Position numbers and translations under genes: made by a program. The notes beneath the pieces are model-generated. The model was not told the origin of the DNA, ran no database searches, and saw nothing but the letters and a program-made list of their open reading frames with translations. Shown one piece after another: positions 11,343-22,520 of a DNA stretch of 64,000 nt. Positions within the stretch are counted from its first letter, which is position 1; each line of letters opens with the position of its first letter. The stretch is from an uncultured Chloroflexia bacterium (GTDB lineage: Bacteria; Chloroflexota; Limnocylindria; Limnocylindrales; CSP1-4). The stretch is from assembly GCA_963768655.1 (NCBI GenBank), contig CAVYIM010000004.1, positions 704,001-768,000 of the forward strand, read 5' to 3'.

Positions 11343-12836
11343 CTACTCGAGCCCCTGGCCGACGAGGAGCTCAAGGTTGCCTGTCGGGTCGACGAAGGCT
11401 ACGACCACGTGCTTCCCGTCTCCGACGACGGCGAGGACCTGGGACTCTGGGAGCGACGAAAGCCCGGGGAGAGGCTTCCAGATGCGTCCATTGGCGGACG
11501 TCCACACTCCAAGCGGCCCATTCACAGGGGTGTAGGCCGGCTGAGTCTCTGTGCCCGCCATCGCAAACCCCCCGGCGATTGGAACGGGGTCGCCACCCCA
11601 CCCGGGAGTCTTGACGCTGCCGGTCATGGTCCAGCGGGTCATGTCGGTGCTGGTCCAGATAGTCGTGTCTTCCAGCGCGGCGATCGGCTGCCCTTCGCCG
11701 GTTCCGGTGTAGATCCCTCCGAACGAGCGGAAGCTGCCGTCCGGCGCCTTGACGATCGGCCCCATGTAGTACACCGACATCCCCGACAACGCCGGTGCAT
11801 GGTATGTCTCCGTCCATCGCGTGCCATCCGCCGAGTACCAGACCTGGGCCGGCATGGACTGAGCGAGGACGTACCCGGTGGCGTTGCTCGAGAGCGCCGG
11901 TTGATTCACATCGGACGAGATGCCCGACACCGCGACCGCATGCCAGGCAGTTCCATCGGCAGACGCCCAGATCGCAGTTCCGCCGGTGGGGCCCGACCCG
12001 CTGGCCAGAAAGCCGCCGGGTCCTACCGCGACGTGGTCCGCGGACGAGCCGTCCGCCGTGGACAGCTCCGTGGTTTGCCATGAATGCCCGAAGGACATCG
12101 TCCAGGCCACCGCCGAATCGAGGCCACCGCTCTCGCCCTGAACCGTGCCAACGGCGACGATGGCCCCAGCCGGCGACTGCGTTATGTCGTTCACGGTGGC
12201 GCCGCCGGCCGGCAGCTCAGCCAGTCGGCCCCACGAGATGCCGTCGGCCGACACGAAGACTGGGACGCCTCCGGAGTCCGCGGTCCCCAACGCTACGAAC
12301 CCGCCCGATGGGAGCACGAAGAGCGGTTGCTCGTACCCGAACTGCGCCATAGTCGGTGGCGGCAGGGCGCCACTGACCAGGTTCCAGCTCGAACCCGGCA
12401 ACTGCGTGACCGTTTCCGAGGGCGTTGCGCCAATCGTCGGCGAGGGCGTTGCGCCAGTGGTGGGCGAGGGCGAGATGGCGAGCGAGGGAGAGGTCGAGGC
12501 AACGCAGGCCGCCGACGCGCCGCCCGCCACCGGGCACATCGACGCAGAGGGCGAGGGCGGCGCCGTGCCGTGGTCCGGCCCCGGTGCCGCGGCTCGGCCG
12601 TTGGCGTAGAGGTAAGCGCTGGTCGCGACGAGCACCATGGCTACGACGGCCGCCGCGGCGCGGGCGACCAGAGTGAATTGGCGTTGCATGGCGTTGTGCC
12701 ACGGTCCCGGATGCTCGGGCGGACGGGACGTGACGTCTTCGAGGGTGTCCCTGAGCGACGCGGGCGCCCGGTCCGGTGCCGAGTCCGCCAGCCAGTCGCG
12801 AATGACCTGTTCGGCATCCGGACGCTTGCTGCTCAT
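11343..12836 (-). CDS. Probable anti-sigma factor: single TM plus extracellular repeat (BNR/beta-propeller-like) domain
   Basis: Overlaps the ECF sigma stop. Short N-terminal domain, TM helix, and repeated W.S.DG..W motifs. Confidence 0.7.
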   Translation of the reverse strand: MSSKRPDAEQVIRDWLADSAPDRAPASLRDTLEDVTSRPPEHPGPWHNAMQRQFTLVARAAAAVVAMVLVATSAYLYANGRAAAPGPDHGTAPPSPSASMCPVAGGASAACVASTSPSLAISPSPTTGATPSPTIGATPSETVTQLPGSSWNLVSGALPPPTMAQFGYEQPLFVLPSGGFVALGTADSGGVPVFVSADGISWGRLAELPAGGATVNDITQSPAGAIVAVGTVQGESGGLDSAVAWTMSFGHSWQTTELSTADGSSADHVAVGPGGFLASGSGPTGGTAIWASADGTAWHAVAVSGISSDVNQPALSSNATGYVLAQSMPAQVWYSADGTRWTETYHAPALSGMSVYYMGPIVKAPDGSFRSFGGIYTGTGEGQPIAALEDTTIWTSTDMTRWTMTGSVKTPGWGGDPVPIAGGFAMAGTETQPAYTPVNGPLGVWTSANGRIWKPLPGLSSLPESQVLAVVGDGKHVVVAFVDPTGNLELLVGQGLE

Positions 12837-13486
12837 GGGCGAGCCTCCTCGGACGACTCGATGGCTGCGCGCAGCGACTTGAGCGCGTAGTGGAGACGGG
12901 ACTTGACCGTGCCGGCGGGTATGCCCAGCCTCTCGGCTATCTCCCCGACCGGCAGGTCACGCCAGAACCTCAGCACGACGATGATCCGCTGCTCGGGCGT
13001 CAGGGCGGCGAAGGCGGGCTCCAGGGCCAGCCGGGCGACCGTCGGCGCGTGGGAGTCTCGGGCGGCCGCATCGTACGCATCGTCGAGCGCGACGACGCGG
13101 ATCGTCCTGACGTGGCGCATGCGATTGCGACAGACGTTGACGAGGATCCGATCGAACCAGGCGTCGAACCGATTCTCGTCGCGCAGCGTTCCCCAGCTCG
13201 ACCAGGCTCGAGCGATCGCCTCCTGAGTCGCGTCTTCGGCTTCGTCGCGGTCGCGCAGGATCAGTGTGGCGAGCCGGTAGCTCGCCAGGAGCCGAGATTC
13301 GTCAATGGCGGCGAAAGCCGCAAGGCGCCGGCGACGCCAGGCATCGGACGGGTTGGCCGCGATGCCCCCGGCGCTACTCCCGGAGCTGGTCCGGGCTTCG
13401 CCTGGCCCGTCCTGGACCGGTGGCGTCGCGGGGCGCCCCGGTAGCCCTCGAAGTCCCCTCAACAGTGGCAACTCCGCCTCCCACAT
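12833..13486 (-). CDS. ECF RNA polymerase sigma-70 factor
   Basis: DEAEDATQEA...FDAWFDRILVN (region 2) and EIAERLGIPAGTVKSRLHYA (region 4). Confidence 0.93.
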   Translation of the reverse strand: MWEAELPLLRGLRGLPGRPATPPVQDGPGEARTSSGSSAGGIAANPSDAWRRRRLAAFAAIDESRLLASYRLATLILRDRDEAEDATQEAIARAWSSWGTLRDENRFDAWFDRILVNVCRNRMRHVRTIRVVALDDAYDAAARDSHAPTVARLALEPAFAALTPEQRIIVVLRFWRDLPVGEIAERLGIPAGTVKSRLHYALKSLRAAIESSEEARP

Positions 13487-13585
13487 CCCTGCTGCCTCCG
13501 TGTCCCGCTTCCGCGGCGTCTGCAGCTATGACACGCGGGGTCCCCGAAACGTTCAGGACCGATGTGGCGGCTTCCCCGTGCCGCC

Positions 13586-14578
13586 TCAGCGCTCGAGCAG
13601 CACACCGAGGCCGAGTTCTTCGGCTCGCTTCAGGATCGCCGACGCGAAGACGACGTCCGCGAGCCCAACGCCCAGGTGCGACACGAGGACCCGGCCGGCG
13701 GGCCGGGCCATGCCCTCGCGCAACGCCTCTCCCAGCGTCGTCGCCGGGTCCGGATAGCCGTCGAAGCCGCCGCCGGCGCGAGTCGCCAGGAACTGGTCGC
13801 GCTCGTCGACGACGAAGAGTGCCTCGCGGGCGAGCGCGGCCGGGGCCTGCATGTCGTAGTCGACGGCGACGAATAGCGTTTCGGGGCCGAGCCAGCGCCG
13901 ATCCAGCGCCTGGTGATCCGGACCGAACGAGACGACCGAGACGACCACGTCCGCGCCTTCGACGGCCTGCCGCACGCCTGGAGCGACCCGGACTTCGCCG
14001 ATGCCCCCGATAGGCCGCGCCTCCTCGACCAATGCCTCCGCCCGCGTCCGGTCGACATCCGTGACTCGGATCGAGGCGCCCGGCAGCAACCGGCCGATCA
14101 CCGGCAGGTGGCTGCGTGCCTGAGTCCCGGCGCCAAGAACGGCGACGGCGGCGGCCTGCCCGCGCGGATCCGGCGCGAAGAGCTTGATGGCCGCTCCGCT
14201 GACGGCCGCCGTTCGCTGGGCCGTGATCGCGCCGGCGTCTAGGATCGCCAGGGGCAGCCCGTTTCGAGGGTCGTTCAAGATCACCTGGGCGTGGTAGGTC
14301 GGAAGCCCGATCGCCGGGTTCTCCGGGAAGCCAACGATCCATTTGACGCCGATCAGATCCCCGCCGCCGTCGTCTGCCGAGCCGCGCAGCAGGGCCGGCA
14401 TGGCGTGGGCGAGCGAGCCCGGCTGGCGTGGATGAACCCCGATCTTGGCGGGCAGTTCGGCGCCCTGCCCCAATGCCCGGAGAGTGATCTCGGCCAGCTG
14501 GAGCCGCTCCGCCAGGGGTGGCATGGCCGCCGCGACGTCGGCGGCGGACAAATACCGAAGGAGCGGCGAGACTGTCAC
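13586..14578 (-). CDS. Ornithine cyclodeaminase/mu-crystallin family protein
   Basis: HAMPA, GVKW, ITAQRTAAVS, GAGTQARSH and GVGLADV motifs. Confidence 0.88.
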   Translation of the reverse strand: MTVSPLLRYLSAADVAAAMPPLAERLQLAEITLRALGQGAELPAKIGVHPRQPGSLAHAMPALLRGSADDGGGDLIGVKWIVGFPENPAIGLPTYHAQVILNDPRNGLPLAILDAGAITAQRTAAVSGAAIKLFAPDPRGQAAAVAVLGAGTQARSHLPVIGRLLPGASIRVTDVDRTRAEALVEEARPIGGIGEVRVAPGVRQAVEGADVVVSVVSFGPDHQALDRRWLGPETLFVAVDYDMQAPAALAREALFVVDERDQFLATRAGGGFDGYPDPATTLGEALREGMARPAGRVLVSHLGVGLADVVFASAILKRAEELGLGVLLER

Positions 14579-14725
14579 GACCGCAGTCTACCGGCTAGGA
14601 TGGGCAGGCCACCGCATTCAAGGCCTCTGCCGCGGTCGTGCCGGCCGGGGCGATTGTCGAGGCCGGCGATTCCGGGTCCGGTCCGACCCCGAGCCGGCGG
14701 CTCCGGCGCCAGGAAAAGGAGACCG

Positions 14726-15106
14726 ATGAGGGCGCTGCAGAGCCTGGGCTCGGCGATTGTCGTTGGGAGCGTGTTCTCCTTCTTCCTCGTCGGGCTGCTG
14801 GGCGCCACCTGGCCGTTCGCCATCTTCTCGAGTCTCGTGCTCGGGATCGGGATCATCGCCGTCGTCGCGACGCGGGCCAGCGAAACCGAAGGCGCGGCAG
14901 ATGTCGCCTGGCAGGAGGCAGCTCCGGACCTCCCCCCCGGTTCCGATCGACGAGCCATGGAGGCGGCCCAGGCCACCATGCCGGGCCCCGAGAAGACCCG
15001 GCGAAGCGGCGATCGAGCCGCGGGCACGCCCGGAGCTGGCGCGAGCGGCGCGGGTGCGGGCGAAGCGGGCAAGGGCGGGCCGGCGAAGCAGGCGGCCAGC
15101 CGATGA
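14726..15106 (+). CDS. Small two-TM membrane protein, hypothetical
   Basis: AAGGAG RBS, two hydrophobic helices, and translational coupling to the downstream cupin gene. Confidence 0.65.
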   Translation: MRALQSLGSAIVVGSVFSFFLVGLLGATWPFAIFSSLVLGIGIIAVVATRASETEGAADVAWQEAAPDLPPGSDRRAMEAAQATMPGPEKTRRSGDRAAGTPGAGASGAGAGEAGKGGPAKQAASR

Positions 15107-15429
15107 GTTCGATCGATCGAACCAATCTGGAAGCCAGAATGCGCGCCCAGGGATTGGAGCCGGCCGCCTGGTCGAACCTCGCGGGTGAGCGGTTCGAGGC
15201 GCACGCCCACGACTACGACAAGATCGTGGTCGTCGTAGAGGGTACCATCACGTTCGGCATGCCCGGCTACGGCGTGGGTTTCGTGCTCGGGCCGGGCGAG
15301 CGGCTCGATCTGCCGGCCGCCGTGCGCCACGACGCGGTCGTCGGGCCCAAGGGCGTGACCTGCCTCGAGGCGCATGTACCGGCCGGCAAGCTCGGTGCCG
15401 GGGCGAAGGGACGCGGCTACCGCTGGTAG
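15103..15429 (+). CDS. Cupin-domain protein
   Basis: HAHDYDK...VVEGTI...LGPGERLDLPAAVRHDA cupin motifs. Confidence 0.85.
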   Translation: MSSIDRTNLEARMRAQGLEPAAWSNLAGERFEAHAHDYDKIVVVVEGTITFGMPGYGVGFVLGPGERLDLPAAVRHDAVVGPKGVTCLEAHVPAGKLGAGAKGRGYRW

Positions 15430-15655
15430 ATCGCCGCCAGCGAAGGTTCGTCCGGCAGTTCCGACTGCTGCCGGCGCCGGTCCGCAGGCCGCCTTCGCTG
15501 TCGATTTCTCAGGGATAGGCTAGGCTGCTATCGCATCGCGGCCCAGGCGGGTTCGCCCGTGGGGCGAATTACGCCGCTCTGGCGTCCTATCGCCTCGTCG
15601 GGTCCGTGGGCAGGTCAGGGAGCGACAGGCCACCGCGCCTGAGGGAACGACGAAC

Positions 15656-16168
15656 ATGGGCTCACTGGAAAGGATCGACGAGACAGACGCGCGGATCCTG
15701 GAACTGCTGCAGCGGGACGGGCGCGAGTCATACGCCGAAGTCGGGCAGGCCGTCGGCATGAGCGGGCCTTCGGCTCATGAGCGCGTCAAGAAGCTGGAGG
15801 CCCGGGGCGTCATACGCGGCTACTCGGCCCAGGTCGATCCCACGCTTCTCGGCTACGGCGTGCTCGCCTTCATCTTCATCAAGCAGGTCCCCGGCACCAT
15901 CTCTACGGATCTCACGGGCGATTTCGGCGAGATCGACGAGATCGAGGAATGCCACCACATCGCCGGCGAGGCGGACTATCTGCTGAAGGTGCGATCCACC
16001 GACACTCGCCACCTCGAGCGGGTCCTGCACGAAATCCAGGCCATGCCCCACGTCTTCACGACCGAGACCCAGGTCGTCTTCTCCAGCGCGTTCGAGCGCC
16101 GACCGCTCCGCCTGGGACGCGAGGTGGATCCGCAGGCGGCTGGCAACTTCGGCAACTCGGGCTCATGA
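15656..16168 (+). CDS. Lrp/AsnC family transcriptional regulator
   Basis: IDETDARILELLQRDGRESYAEVG...RVKKLE HTH; ECHHIAGEADYLLKV RAM domain. Confidence 0.95.
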   Translation: MGSLERIDETDARILELLQRDGRESYAEVGQAVGMSGPSAHERVKKLEARGVIRGYSAQVDPTLLGYGVLAFIFIKQVPGTISTDLTGDFGEIDEIEECHHIAGEADYLLKVRSTDTRHLERVLHEIQAMPHVFTTETQVVFSSAFERRPLRLGREVDPQAAGNFGNSGS

Positions 16169-16950
16169 GCGAGGCGGGGCGCCCGGCCGAGGTGGGGCGC
16201 CCGGCCGAGGCGGTGGATCCCTCCCAGGTCTACACCCCGCACCCGAGTCGAAGCGGCAATCCCGTGCCCGAGCCGCGCGTGGCGTCGATGTTCGATTCGA
16301 TCGCGCCGGTCTACGACCGCATGAACACCATCATGACCGCCGGCCGCGATGGAGGCTGGCGCCGCGCCGCCGTCCGAGCCGCGCGCGTCGCCGCTGGCGG
16401 CTCAGCCCTGGACGTGGCCTGCGGCACCGGCAAGCTGACCGCGGCCCTGGCCGCGGCCGTCGGCCCGACCGGCCGTGTCGTCGGAGTCGACCTGTCGACG
16501 GCGATGCTCGAGGAGGCGCGGCGCGCATTCGGTGGGCTTGGCCAGGTCGAGTTCGTCGCCGGCAACGCGCTCGCCCTGCCGTTCGAGGCGAACGTCTTCG
16601 ACGCCGCCACTATCGGCTTCGGGCTGCGAAACCTGGCCAGCTTCGAGGACGGCTTCCGCGAGATGGCGAGGGTCGTGCGGCCGGGCGGCCGGGTAGTCTG
16701 CCTGGAACTCACGACGCCGCGCCCGAAGATCGCGGGGCGCCTCTACTCGGCCGTGTTCGGGAGGATGGCCCCGTCCGTCGGCAGAGTCTTCGGACGGCGG
16801 GACGCCTACGCCTATCTGCCCCACTCGCTGGACGGATTCCCGAGCGCCGAGGAGCTGGCGGAGACGATGCGCCAGGTTGGACTGACCAACGTCACTGTGC
16901 GGCGGCTGGCCCTCGGGGCGGTGGCGCTGCACTCGGGCGACGTTCGCTAG
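16165..16950 (+). CDS. menG: Demethylmenaquinone methyltransferase (UbiE/MenG)
   Basis: MFDSIAPVYDRMN, LDVACGTG, IGFGLRN and EMARVVRPGG motifs. Confidence 0.9.
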   Translation: MSEAGRPAEVGRPAEAVDPSQVYTPHPSRSGNPVPEPRVASMFDSIAPVYDRMNTIMTAGRDGGWRRAAVRAARVAAGGSALDVACGTGKLTAALAAAVGPTGRVVGVDLSTAMLEEARRAFGGLGQVEFVAGNALALPFEANVFDAATIGFGLRNLASFEDGFREMARVVRPGGRVVCLELTTPRPKIAGRLYSAVFGRMAPSVGRVFGRRDAYAYLPHSLDGFPSAEELAETMRQVGLTNVTVRRLALGAVALHSGDVR

Positions 16951-17036
16951 ACGCGTCCTGCCGGCGCGGCCCGCCGCCGGATTCCGCCCCGACCCTCCGT
17001 GGCGGTGGCCCTGGACGGCGGCTCGACGTGGTCGCT

Positions 17037-17369
17037 CTAGGAGGCGTCCTTGGGTGCCGTCTCCTGCGCCAGCCGCGCTCGCTCCGCTTCGAGGCGGGCG
17101 GCCTCGGCGGCGGCCAGGCTCTCGTTGATCTTGCCGTCGACATAGGCGCCGTGAAGCTGGAGCAGCCTGGTGATCGTGTCCTCGTCGATGGGGTGGCCGC
17201 TGTCCGCCATCTGCTTCGCCAGCAGGGAAGCTTCGGCCGCATCGACCGGCCCACCCGGAGTCTCGAGCGACTCGAAGGGGTGTTCGGCGAGCAGGAACCA
17301 CACCACCAGGCCGCCGGCAACCAACCCGACGATGCCAAAGAAGAAGTAGAACGGCATGTCGAGGCTCAT
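17037..17369 (-). CDS. Small membrane-anchored hypothetical protein
   Basis: N-terminal TM helix followed by an acidic helical domain; GC-ending codon usage. Confidence 0.65.
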   Translation of the reverse strand: MSLDMPFYFFFGIVGLVAGGLVVWFLLAEHPFESLETPGGPVDAAEASLLAKQMADSGHPIDEDTITRLLQLHGAYVDGKINESLAAAEAARLEAERARLAQETAPKDAS

Positions 17370-17528
17370 CGGGCTTCCATTCCCCAGCTATCGGTTCGTA
17401 GGGCGACCGGCAATCGCCGGGTCGTACAGTTGCGATAGAGTCGCCTTGTCGGCGCCTGCCGGCGACATCTGCTCCAGGCCAGTATACGAATGGCGCGGAC
17501 GCGGGGCCTCGGCCCGTCTCGCCGGACG

Positions 17529-17576
17529 CGAATCCACCGCTCCCCGCCGGACCGAATCCGCCGCTCCCCGCCGGGC
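17529..17576. repeat. 24-bp tandem direct repeat (2 copies) upstream of lgt
   Basis: CGAATCCACCGCTCCCCGCCGGAC followed by CGAATCCGCCGCTCCCCGCCGGGC. Confidence 0.7.
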
Positions 17577-17604
17577 CGGCCGATCCGGGTAAACTGACGC
17601 GACC

Positions 17605-18513
17605 ATGATCGACTTCACGCCCAACCCGGTCGCGCTTTCCATCGGCTCGCTCGAGATCCGCTGGTACGGCATCGCGTACGTGGTTGCCATCGTCGCCGGC
17701 GCGTGGCTCGCGATGCGCGAAGCGCGCCGCCGCGGCGAGCGGACCGACATGATCGTGGACGCGCTGATCGTGATCGCCGTCGCCGCGCTGATCGGCGGCC
17801 GCGCCTATCACGTCATCGACCAGTGGTCCACCGGACCTGACTACAAGGACCACCTGCTCCAGATCATCCTGCCGCCATACAGCGGGCTGGGCATCTACGG
17901 CGGGCTCTTCACCGGGCTGCTGGCGACCATCTGGCTGGCCCGCCACTACAAGGTCAGCTTCTGGCGCTGGGGCGACATCATGGCGCCGTGCATCCTGCTG
18001 GCGCAGGTCATCGGTCGCTGGGGCAACTTTGCCAACCAGGAGCTGTACGGCCCGCCGACTACGCTGCCGTGGGGCATCGCCATCCAGTGTCAGTACCGGG
18101 TGGCCCAGTACGCCTGCCCGGCCGGCTCCGATCCGAACGCCACGCTTGGCCAGCACTTCATTCCGCTCTTCTTCTACGAGTCGATGCTAAGTCTGATTGG
18201 CGTGTTCGTGATGCTCTGGCTGTGGCGGCACTTCACGGCGCGCGGCCGGCTCCTGATCGCCGGCGACGTGGGCCTGCTCTATTTCGTCTGGTACGGCGTG
18301 GAGCGGAGCCTGCTCGAACTGCTGCGGAGCGGCTGGGACTGGACGATCTTCGGCATCCCGACGGCGCAGATCGTGGGGCTGGGGGGCGCCGCCGCGGCCT
18401 TCGTCGCGATCTTGATCCGGCACTGGTACGTTCGCCGGCATCCCCTGGCGGCGACTGGAGACCAGGCGCCGCCGCCCCGGCAGGCGGAGTCTGAGCTGAC
18501 GCCCGCTTCCTGA
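17605..18513 (+). CDS. lgt: Prolipoprotein diacylglyceryl transferase
   Basis: IRWYG, GGRAYHV, GLGIYGG and the GRWGNFANQELYG signature. Confidence 0.95.
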   Translation: MIDFTPNPVALSIGSLEIRWYGIAYVVAIVAGAWLAMREARRRGERTDMIVDALIVIAVAALIGGRAYHVIDQWSTGPDYKDHLLQIILPPYSGLGIYGGLFTGLLATIWLARHYKVSFWRWGDIMAPCILLAQVIGRWGNFANQELYGPPTTLPWGIAIQCQYRVAQYACPAGSDPNATLGQHFIPLFFYESMLSLIGVFVMLWLWRHFTARGRLLIAGDVGLLYFVWYGVERSLLELLRSGWDWTIFGIPTAQIVGLGGAAAAFVAILIRHWYVRRHPLAATGDQAPPPRQAESELTPAS

Positions 18514-18801
18514 CCGGTTCCCGGATCACGCTTCGCGGTAGCCGTCTCTACCAGCGTTTGCCCGGCCGTCCTCGAATCGGACCTCTATCTCGATCTGGCG
18601 CGGCCGCAGGATCTCGCACTCCATTCGAAGCGGGCAGGCCCCGACGAACCACACGCCGCCGCGGCGCGCGGGCCATCGCCAGCTCCCGAGATGCTCCACA
18701 GCCGCGCTCGTCCAGGCCGCCCGGCCGCGCCGGAATTCCCGCCCACGGCCGGTAGACTGAATCCATCGCATCGAACCTCCTCCGACTCCAGGCTAAAGGA
18801 G

Positions 18802-18856
18802 GCCGATCGCCGGCCGCTTATCTGCCGATCGCCGGCCGCTTATCTACGGCTTATCT
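18802..18856. repeat. 22-bp tandem repeat (x2) plus a third GCTTATCT core
   Basis: GCCGATCGCCGGCCGCTTATCT at 18802-18823 and 18824-18845; GCTTATCT again at 18849-18856. Confidence 0.8.
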
Positions 18857-19100
18857 AAACCCCGGCCCACGAGCCTCGCCTGCTGGCGCGGGCGGATCGA
18901 AGGCCGGGCACGGGTGTCGCCCGGCGAGCCAGTGATCGCCCGATGCCGGACGCCCTACCCGAAAGCAGCCCGACGGGGGAGCCTGCGCGAAGCGCCGCCG
19001 GCTTCGGTACAATTCGGCCCGTTCCCAAAATCGTCGCAAGTCGAGACAGAAACCGAGACTGCGCTCTAGCGGCGCTCCCAGAGTGAGACGAGGAGAGACC

Positions 19101-20930
19101 GTGGCTACCACCGGCGCAAGAGTCGAAGGGCGACCGCAGAACCTGCCCGAGGATCATCCAGTCGTTCGCTGGGTGGGCGAGGTCGCGGCCCTGACGACGC
19201 CGGACGCCGTCCACTGGTGCGACGGCTCTGATTCGGAGAACGAACGCCTCTGCCGGGAGCTCGTCGAGGCCGGGACATTCATCCGGCTCAACGAGAAGCT
19301 CCGCCCCAACAGTTTCCTGGCCCGCTCCGATCCGTCCGACGTGGCGCGCGTCGAGGACAGGACGTTCATCTGCTCCGAAAAGGAAGAGGATGCCGGGCCC
19401 ACCAACAACTGGCGCGATCCCCGGGACATGCGGGCGACGCTGACGGGCCTGTTCAAGGGTTCGATGCGCGGCCGGACGATGTACGTGATTCCGTTCTCGA
19501 TGGGCCCGGTCGGCTCTCCGATCGGCCGGCTCGGCATCGAGATCACCGACTCCCCGTACGTGGTCGTGAACATGCGGATCATGACCCGTATGGGCACGGC
19601 GGCCCTGCATGAGATCGTGCGGACCGGCGATTTCGTGCCCGCCATCCACTCCGTCGGCAAGCCGCTCGCCCCCGGCGAGAAGGACGTTGCCTGGCCGTGC
19701 GACCCGGACACGAAGTACATCGTCCACTACCCCGAAACCCGCGAGATCTGGTCGTACGGCTCTGGCTACGGCGGCAATGCTCTGCTCGGCAAGAAGTGCC
19801 TTGCCCTGCGGATCGCCTCTGTCATCGCCCGCGACGAGGGCTGGCTGGCCGAGCACATGCTGATCATCAAAGTGACGGCTCCCGACGGCCGCGTAAAGCA
19901 CATGGCCGGCGCCTTTCCATCGGCCTGCGGCAAGACCAACCTGGCCATGCTCGAGCCGACGATCCCGGGCTGGAAGGTCGAGACGATCGGCGACGACATA
20001 TGCTGGATGAAGTTCGGCCCCGATGGGCACCTATACGCCATCAATCCCGAGGCCGGCTTCTTCGGTGTGGCGCCCGGGACCGGCATGGCGACGAATGCCA
20101 ACGCCATCCGCACCCTCTACGCCAACTGCATCTACACGAACTGCGCGCTGACGGACGACGGCGACGTGTGGTGGGAAGGCTTGACCCCGGAGCCGCCCGC
20201 CCACCTCATCGACTGGACCGGCCACGATTGGGCGCCAGGCTCCGACAAGCCGGCCGCTCACGCCAACGCGCGCTTCACAGCCCCCGCCGCCCAGGACCCG
20301 GCGATCGCGCCGAACTGGGAGGATCCGGCCGGCGTCCCGATCGACGCCATCATGTTCGGCGGCCGCCGCGCCTCCAGCGTCCCGCTCGTCCGCGAGGGGT
20401 TCGACTGGGAGCACGGCGTCTTCCTGGGATCGATCATGAGTTCGGAGATGACGGCCGCGGCCTTCGGAACCATCGGCAAGCTCCGCTTCGACCCGTTCGC
20501 CATGCTGCCGTTCTGCGGCTACAACATGGCGGACTACTGGGCCCACTGGCTCGAAATCGGTCGCAAGGCGGGCGCCCGGCTGCCGCGGATCTACCTGGTC
20601 AACTGGTTCCGCAAGAACGCCGAGGGCAAGTTCATGTGGCCCGGCTTCGGCGAGAACAGCCGCGTCATCGAGTGGATCTTCGGGCGCTGTTCGGGCGAGG
20701 ACGACGCCGTCGAGACGCCGATCGGACTGCTGCCCGCACCCGGCGCGCTCGACACTCGGGGCCTGAAGATCGCGCCAGCGGACCTCGAGGCGCTGCTCTC
20801 GGTCGACCCGGCGACGTGGATCCAGGAGGCCGCGGCGATCGAGGAGCACTACGCCAAGTTCGGCTCGAAGCTGCCGGCTGGGCTGGCGGCGCGGTTGGAG
20901 CAGATGAAGAAGGCCATCGCCGCCGCCTGA
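19101..20930 (+). CDS. pckG: Phosphoenolpyruvate carboxykinase (GTP)
   Basis: [42 protein letters not shown] and [12 protein letters not shown] motifs. TACAAT -10 at 19008-19013. Confidence 0.97.
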   Translation: MATTGARVEGRPQNLPEDHPVVRWVGEVAALTTPDAVHWCDGSDSENERLCRELVEAGTFIRLNEKLRPNSFLARSDPSDVARVEDRTFICSEKEEDAGPTNNWRDPRDMRATLTGLFKGSMRGRTMYVIPFSMGPVGSPIGRLGIEITDSPYVVVNMRIMTRMGTAALHEIVRTGDFVPAIHSVGKPLAPGEKDVAWPCDPDTKYIVHYPETREIWSYGSGYGGNALLGKKCLALRIASVIARDEGWLAEHMLIIKVTAPDGRVKHMAGAFPSACGKTNLAMLEPTIPGWKVETIGDDICWMKFGPDGHLYAINPEAGFFGVAPGTGMATNANAIRTLYANCIYTNCALTDDGDVWWEGLTPEPPAHLIDWTGHDWAPGSDKPAAHANARFTAPAAQDPAIAPNWEDPAGVPIDAIMFGGRRASSVPLVREGFDWEHGVFLGSIMSSEMTAAAFGTIGKLRFDPFAMLPFCGYNMADYWAHWLEIGRKAGARLPRIYLVNWFRKNAEGKFMWPGFGENSRVIEWIFGRCSGEDDAVETPIGLLPAPGALDTRGLKIAPADLEALLSVDPATWIQEAAAIEEHYAKFGSKLPAGLAARLEQMKKAIAAA

Positions 20931-21028
20931 CGGCAGACTAACGCCGCTTCCCCGGGCCGCCGCGTCAGCGGTGGTCGCGCCGGCCGACGCGTCGTCTCGC
21001 GGGGTGTAGCGCCTACCGCATCAGGTAG

Positions 21029-22066
<1,038 letters not shown>

Positions 22067-22154
22067 CCGCGAGCGACCTTGGCTGCCTCCAGCCGGCGGC
22101 GGCGCCCGAACTGAGGCGGCGGCCGAATTCACCGGAGGCCGTCCGGCAGACACA

Positions 22155-22191
22155 AGGAAGCCCCGGCGGTCCCGTCCGGCCGGGGCTTCCT
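22155..22191. terminator. Stem-loop downstream of mdh (probable terminator)
   Basis: 13-bp perfect stem AGGAAGCCCCGGC/GCCGGGGCTTCCT. A second 13-bp stem lies at 22210-22248. Confidence 0.6.
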
Positions 22192-22304
22192 GGGCAGTAC
22201 GCAATTAGGGCGCCGGTTCCGGACCCCCCGGAACCCCGGAACCGGCGCGTTCGCCCGTCCGATCCCCCTCGGAACGGCTCGCGCCGCGCATCGGGCGATA
22301 CTCC

Positions 22305-22475
22305 CCCCGGATGCACATCGACGGTCCCGGGATCTGATCCTGAAGCCGACGACACGTATATCAAGCCATGGCGGGTCGTTGATGCGGAGCGGCTGGACGA
22401 CAGGCGCGGTGTCGGCTGGGCGACACAGGAGCCCGGTGCCGCGAGCTGTCGGTCGATGCTTCCCGAGGACGGGGG
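22305..22475 (+). ncRNA. Probable 6S RNA (ssrS)-like rod-shaped RNA
   Basis: Nested pairings CATCGAC/GTCGATG, CCGGG/CCCGG, TCCTG/CAGGA and AGCCGAC/GTCGGCT. An AT-rich unpaired segment (ACGTATATCAA) follows CCTGAAGCCGAC, and GATACT -10 lies at 22297-22302. Strand is inferred. Confidence 0.55.
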
Positions 22476-22520
22476 CTCGCCGCACAACCCGGAAATCCAG
22501 GGCCCGGTACACTGCGGGCC

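Noticed and set aside
15430-15655. Riboswitch upstream of the Lrp gene
   Set aside because: Only short GC-rich hairpins; no aptamer motif that I recognise.
16171-16213. 18-bp tandem repeat at the 5' end of menG
   Set aside because: In-frame low-complexity duplication (EAGRPA/EVGRPA) in a non-conserved N-terminal tail.
18802-18860. CRISPR array or DnaA-box cluster (oriC)
   Set aside because: The repeats are contiguous with no spacers and no cas genes. TTATCT cores do not match TTATNCACA and there is no AT-rich unwinding region.
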